Assembly (NCBI GenBank): GCA_965368975.1
Contig: CBDUPA010000021.1
Coordinates: 1-64,000, forward strand
Length of the DNA stretch: 64,000 bases
From: an uncultured bacterium
Lineage (GTDB): Bacteria; Acidobacteriota; Thermoanaerobaculia; Multivoradales; JAHZIX01
Direction: 5' to 3'
Both the position numbers and the translations under genes were made by a program. The notes below the pieces were generated by a model. The model made no database searches. It had not been told where the DNA came from and saw only the letters and a list, made by a program, of their open reading frames with translations. Of the stretch, positions 60,001-64,000 are shown one piece after another; the first letter of the stretch is position 1, and each line of letters starts with the position of its first letter.

Positions 60001-61251
60001 TGCGGCAAGCCTATCATCCTGCTGACCAGCCTGGAGCCGGGACGCGCCTACGACGAGCAACAGCTGCGCGACGCGGTCCATCGCATCCAGCGCCTGCCGT
60101 TCATTCTCGACGCCGAGCTGGCCCTGCGTCGGGGCAGCGTGCGCGGCCAATACCAGCTGGTGATCGAGGTGCAGGAGAGCCTGCTGTGGTTCTTCGGCGT
60201 GCAGCTGCGCGGCTACGTGTTCAACGAGTTCGTGTCGCTGGAAACCGGCTTCCGAACCGAGAACGAATCGAACTGGCTGATCACCGCCGGCATGCGCTAC
60301 TTCGTCGGCACGCGTGGCATGGCCTTCGCCGCCTACGGAGGCGACAGCTTTCTGCAAGCCGGCTACACGCAGTACGACATTCTCGACCGCGGCATCGTCG
60401 GCACCGTCGCCTGGACGCGTCACGAATGCTGCCCAGTGCGAGTGTTCTCGCTCGGCCTCGACCCGACCTTCTCCAGTTGGTCTCTGCGCGATGCCGAGCA
60501 GATCGAGCTCGTGGTCGGTGCACCGCTGCGAGGCAATCAATCGCTCGAGTTCAGCCTGCTGCACCTGCAAGCCGAACACGGCCTGCGTCAACGCGCCGCA
60601 GGTAGCCTGTTCCAGCGCCGGTGGGACATTCGCGACCTCACCTACGAGCGCGCCGAACTGGATTGGGTGCACAACACCACCGACGACAACCTACTGCCTC
60701 GTCAAGGGCAGGAACTGCGCGGCGGGCTCTTTCTGAATCGCCTTCGCGGTGAACTGACACCACTGAGCTCCTTCCTCGACCCAACCGACCTGGCACTGCC
60801 ACCGCCTGTCAGCGTCGACGCCCGCCAGTTCGGCGTCGCTCTGAGCGCCAGCCGCTACTGGCCCCTCACGCAGCGCCAAACACTGTCGCTGGGTGGTCGA
60901 GCCAGCCTCGGCCGCTCGGAGGTCGGCGACCTGCCTCGAGACCAGAACCTGCTCGCGCCCCAGCCGCCCCCAGGGCTCGGGCTCGGCAACACTGACCTCA
61001 CGAGCTACGAGCTGAACCTGCGTCTCGGACATGCTGTCAGCTTGTGGTCACAAGCCACGCAGCGTCGACGGCACGGCGAGCTGCGCTTCGAAACGGCTGT
61101 CGAATGGGCGCACGAGGGAACGTCCCCGGATCTCGATCTGCCTGACAACCCTCTGCAACGTCTCGACATATCGGCCGGCCTAGTGCTGCGCAACCGCTGG
61201 GGCCTGTTCCGACTCAGCTTCTCCTACGTACAGCTGGAGGGCCGGGAATGA
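60001..61251 (+). pseudogene. 5'-truncated POTRA plus beta-barrel (Omp85/BamA-like) gene
   Basis: Frame opens right after TAG 59998-60000 with POTRA-like LEPGRAYDEQQLRDAVHRIQRLPFILDAELALRRG, upstream of the first start codon. No signal peptide. Barrel motif HNTTDDNLLPRQG. Confidence 0.6.
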
Positions 61252-61432
61252 GTCGGTTCAGTGCGCCGATGCGCCTGCTCCCGCTGCTCTGGTTGCTCCT
61301 GCTGCTACCTATCGGGTCGTTCGCGGACGAAACGCCGGCTCCTCGCTTGCAATGGGTCGAACAACAAGTACGCCTGAGCGACCTGCCGTCAATCCTGCGG
61401 CGCCCTGAGGTCGAGAAGCAGTTGGGCAGTGG

Positions 61433-61436
<4 letters not shown>
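61248..61436 (+). pseudogene. N-terminal remnant of an exported protein
   Basis: Signal peptide and LPSILRRPEVEKQLGSGL, then an abrupt join to a sigma54 regulator fragment. Confidence 0.5.
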
Positions 61437-61837
<401 letters not shown>

Positions 61838-61867
61838 ACGCGGCGGCGAGTAGCCCTGAAGTCAGGC

Positions 61868-62386
61868 TCAGAACCGCCAGCCGAAGCCGACGCTCAACTC
61901 AGTGTGCAGATCGTCTCGAGGCAGCGTCTCGATCCAGCGCACGCGTGCGTCCGGCCGGAAGTAGAAACGCTCCGTGATCGCCAGTTCCACGGCCATTCCA
62001 GCGTGCAGAGTGAACGACGAATCGTAGTCGTCGTCGAGATCACTGACCGCCAGCCAGCCCGGTCCGCCGAAAGCATAGAACCGGTGCCGAGCACCCGGAT
62101 TGAGACGGTATCGCGCCGAACCCTCGACGAACCAGGCCGTCAGGTCGCCTTCGAAGTCGACGTGCGAGAACACCCCTTCGAGCGACCAACGGTCCGACAG
62201 ACCGAACGCCAGGCGCGTCCCGAAGACGTCTTGGCGCAAGTCGCTATCGCCAAAGTCACTGTCGATGTAGAACGCCCCCGCGAACACTTCCACCGACCTT
62301 GGCTCCTCTTTCGCCTGCACCAAGGCAGGCCCCGACAAGAGCGCCAGCAGGGCCAGAATCACCGCGTGCTTGAAATCGTGCCACAT
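61868..62386 (-). CDS. Small outer-membrane beta-barrel protein (OmpA/OmpW-like)
   Basis: ATG 62386 after GGAGG; signal peptide; C-terminal LSVGFGWRF. Confidence 0.8.
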   Translation of the reverse strand: MWHDFKHAVILALLALLSGPALVQAKEEPRSVEVFAGAFYIDSDFGDSDLRQDVFGTRLAFGLSDRWSLEGVFSHVDFEGDLTAWFVEGSARYRLNPGARHRFYAFGGPGWLAVSDLDDDYDSSFTLHAGMAVELAITERFYFRPDARVRWIETLPRDDLHTELSVGFGWRF

Positions 62387-62609
62387 ATGTACCTCCCGAG
62401 GATTTCTCGTTGTTGCCGGACGGCGGTGTTGCCGGCCGGTACGGGGGTACATCGCAAGAGGCATGCCGACCCAAGTCTGGCGTACCACTGCCGCAAGCCA
62501 CTGCAAGAAGGAGACTTCTGCCAAACCAAAGGACGCAGCACTAGGGAAGAGTGAGTCGTGAGCGTCTGATTCTCCAGACACCTGTCAATGGAAGCTCACA
62601 AATACACCG

Positions 62610-62652
62610 CGAGCCGGCGACGCACCTCTTGGCAGAGGAACGGGCCGGCTCG
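62610..62652. terminator. Intergenic hairpin downstream of the DUF2090 gene
   Basis: CGAGCCGGC...CCTCT-tggc-AGAGG...GCCGGCTCG. Confidence 0.4.
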
Positions 62653-62687
62653 GCGCGAAGCGCTTCGAAGTTCGTGGAAGCAGTCCC

Positions 62688-63608
62688 TTACTTGGCCGCC
62701 TTCCAGACGTCGACGCACTCCTTGTAGTTGTCGGCGATGGCGCTGATCGCCTGCGCGTCACTGATCTCGCCAGCCAGGTACTGCGTGAGTGGTTCGCGGA
62801 AGATGGTGCGACCGACTGCGAAGCCGATGTAACCATCGACCGGGGCGGCGACGGCGAGCCACTTGTGGACGCTGGCCTTGTCCGAGCCACGACCGAGCAG
62901 GATGTTGCCGACCTTGGCACGCTCGGCACCGCGACGCGTGGCAGCAGCGACCTCGACGGCTTGCTCGCGGGTTTCGAGACCCTCGATCTTCCAGATGTCG
63001 GGCTCAACGCCAAAATCCTGGATCATGTGGATGGCGGTGACCATGTGCTTGGGGCGCAGCTCCTTGTCGTAGGCGTCGCCCATGGCCTTCTCTTCGTCGG
63101 TGAGCGCCGGTACCAGCAACTCGAACATGAAGTAATGGTCGTTGCCGTCGTGGATGTAATCCGACAACGCCTTGAGCCGTGCCAACTGCTCGCGATTGCC
63201 ACCCTCGTCGTCGTTCGGATGCAGGCGCACCAGGCACTTGACGAACCGTGGCTTGAGGAAGCGCAGGTGGTCTTGCCAGCGGCTGCCGTACTCGAAGTCG
63301 TAGAGAGGCTGACCGCTCTTCTCGGTGCACACCGCCACCGGAATTCCTTGACGCTGGGCGTCCAGGATCACCGGACCGCCGAACTCGGCGTCGACCAGCA
63401 GGCCGAGCTGATCGCGCGGTACGCCCTTGTCGATGGCCTCGAGCAGGCCGCGATAGACCAACATCTTGGCCTGGGTGACGGGCGTGCGCTCGTCCTTGCC
63501 AGCTGAGACGGCTGGCGGCCCCGACAAACCGAAGAAGCCTTTGGTGAAGCTGCCCCGGTGGTCGAAGGGTTGGACGAAAAGTGGCTTGTCGTATCCGATA
63601 TCCTTCAT
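62688..63608 (-). CDS. DUF2090 / IolC-C-terminal-like aldolase-fold protein, stand-alone
   Basis: PFDHRGSF, FVKCLVRLHP, FMFELLVP, PDIWKIEG, LLGRG, GFAVGRTIF; ATG 63608 after GGAGG. Confidence 0.8.
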   Translation of the reverse strand: MKDIGYDKPLFVQPFDHRGSFTKGFFGLSGPPAVSAGKDERTPVTQAKMLVYRGLLEAIDKGVPRDQLGLLVDAEFGGPVILDAQRQGIPVAVCTEKSGQPLYDFEYGSRWQDHLRFLKPRFVKCLVRLHPNDDEGGNREQLARLKALSDYIHDGNDHYFMFELLVPALTDEEKAMGDAYDKELRPKHMVTAIHMIQDFGVEPDIWKIEGLETREQAVEVAAATRRGAERAKVGNILLGRGSDKASVHKWLAVAAPVDGYIGFAVGRTIFREPLTQYLAGEISDAQAISAIADNYKECVDVWKAAK

Positions 63609-63693
63609 CTGTCTCCTCCGAGAGAATGGAAGTTGCTTGTGCCGGCGCAAGGCCTGGCAGTCTAGCAGATCGCCGGCGGGCCGCGACGCCGGC

Positions 63694-64000
63694 TCAGCGG
63701 TTCAGCAGCGTGGCGATCTCGGCGCGCCGGGCGTCGGCATCGCGCTCGCCGATGGCGATCAGGCGACGCAGATACTCGGGCTCGAACATCAGCATGCTGA
63801 GAAAGTCCGGGCTCTTGGTCTCGCGCGTGCCGAGGCCGCGGGTGAGGAAGCGGAAGGTCTTGGGCAGCTCCGGTTCGTGCTCGGCGGACAGGCGCCCCAG
63901 GTCTTCGGACGGACGGATCACCAGCGACTCGACGACGCGGAACGCGCCGCGCTCGTCCTCCGGCACCTTGGCGATCAGGTGGTTGATGCGCCGCAGGCGG
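63694..64000 (-). CDS. Patatin-like phospholipase family protein, C-terminal part (5'-partial)
   Basis: IRPSEDLGRL...LPKTFRFLTRGLG...FLSMLMFEPEYLRRLIAIGERDA. Confidence 0.7.
   Translation of the reverse strand, partial: RLRRINHLIAKVPEDERGAFRVVESLVIRPSEDLGRLSAEHEPELPKTFRFLTRGLGTRETKSPDFLSMLMFEPEYLRRLIAIGERDADARRAEIATLLNR

Overview
High-GC bacterial window, probably Acidobacteriota (inferred from an ADOP-type permease, a VWA-related fragment and carboxypeptidase-regulatory repeat proteins). Bases 1-10606 hold the 5' part of a giant minus-strand lipopeptide NRPS (FAAL-ACP-C-A-PCP-C-A-PCP-C-A...). It is missing from the ORF track because it has no stop codon in the window. Next come an M16 peptidase pair, the permease, a PDZ/GAF diguanylate cyclase, a tricorn protease, MsrB, a MatB-like ligase, two paralogous beta-barrels, two giant repeat proteins and a VapBC pair. 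The right half has a barrel-thioredoxin-MauE cluster, an SF1 helicase, a sigma54 regulator, a GT-C/TPR protein, a PqqB-like hydrolase, a phosphomannomutase, a frameshifted kynureninase, NadE, a DUF2442/DUF4160 pair and several gene remnants. The best finding is a decaheme cytochrome followed by an MtrB/PioB-like porin. The porin carries its own CXXCH motif and an in-frame UGA at 52663-52665 followed by a SECIS-like stem-loop, so it is a probable 712-aa selenocysteine-containing porin that the ORF track splits in two. All family assignments come from motif recognition by eye; no searches were run.
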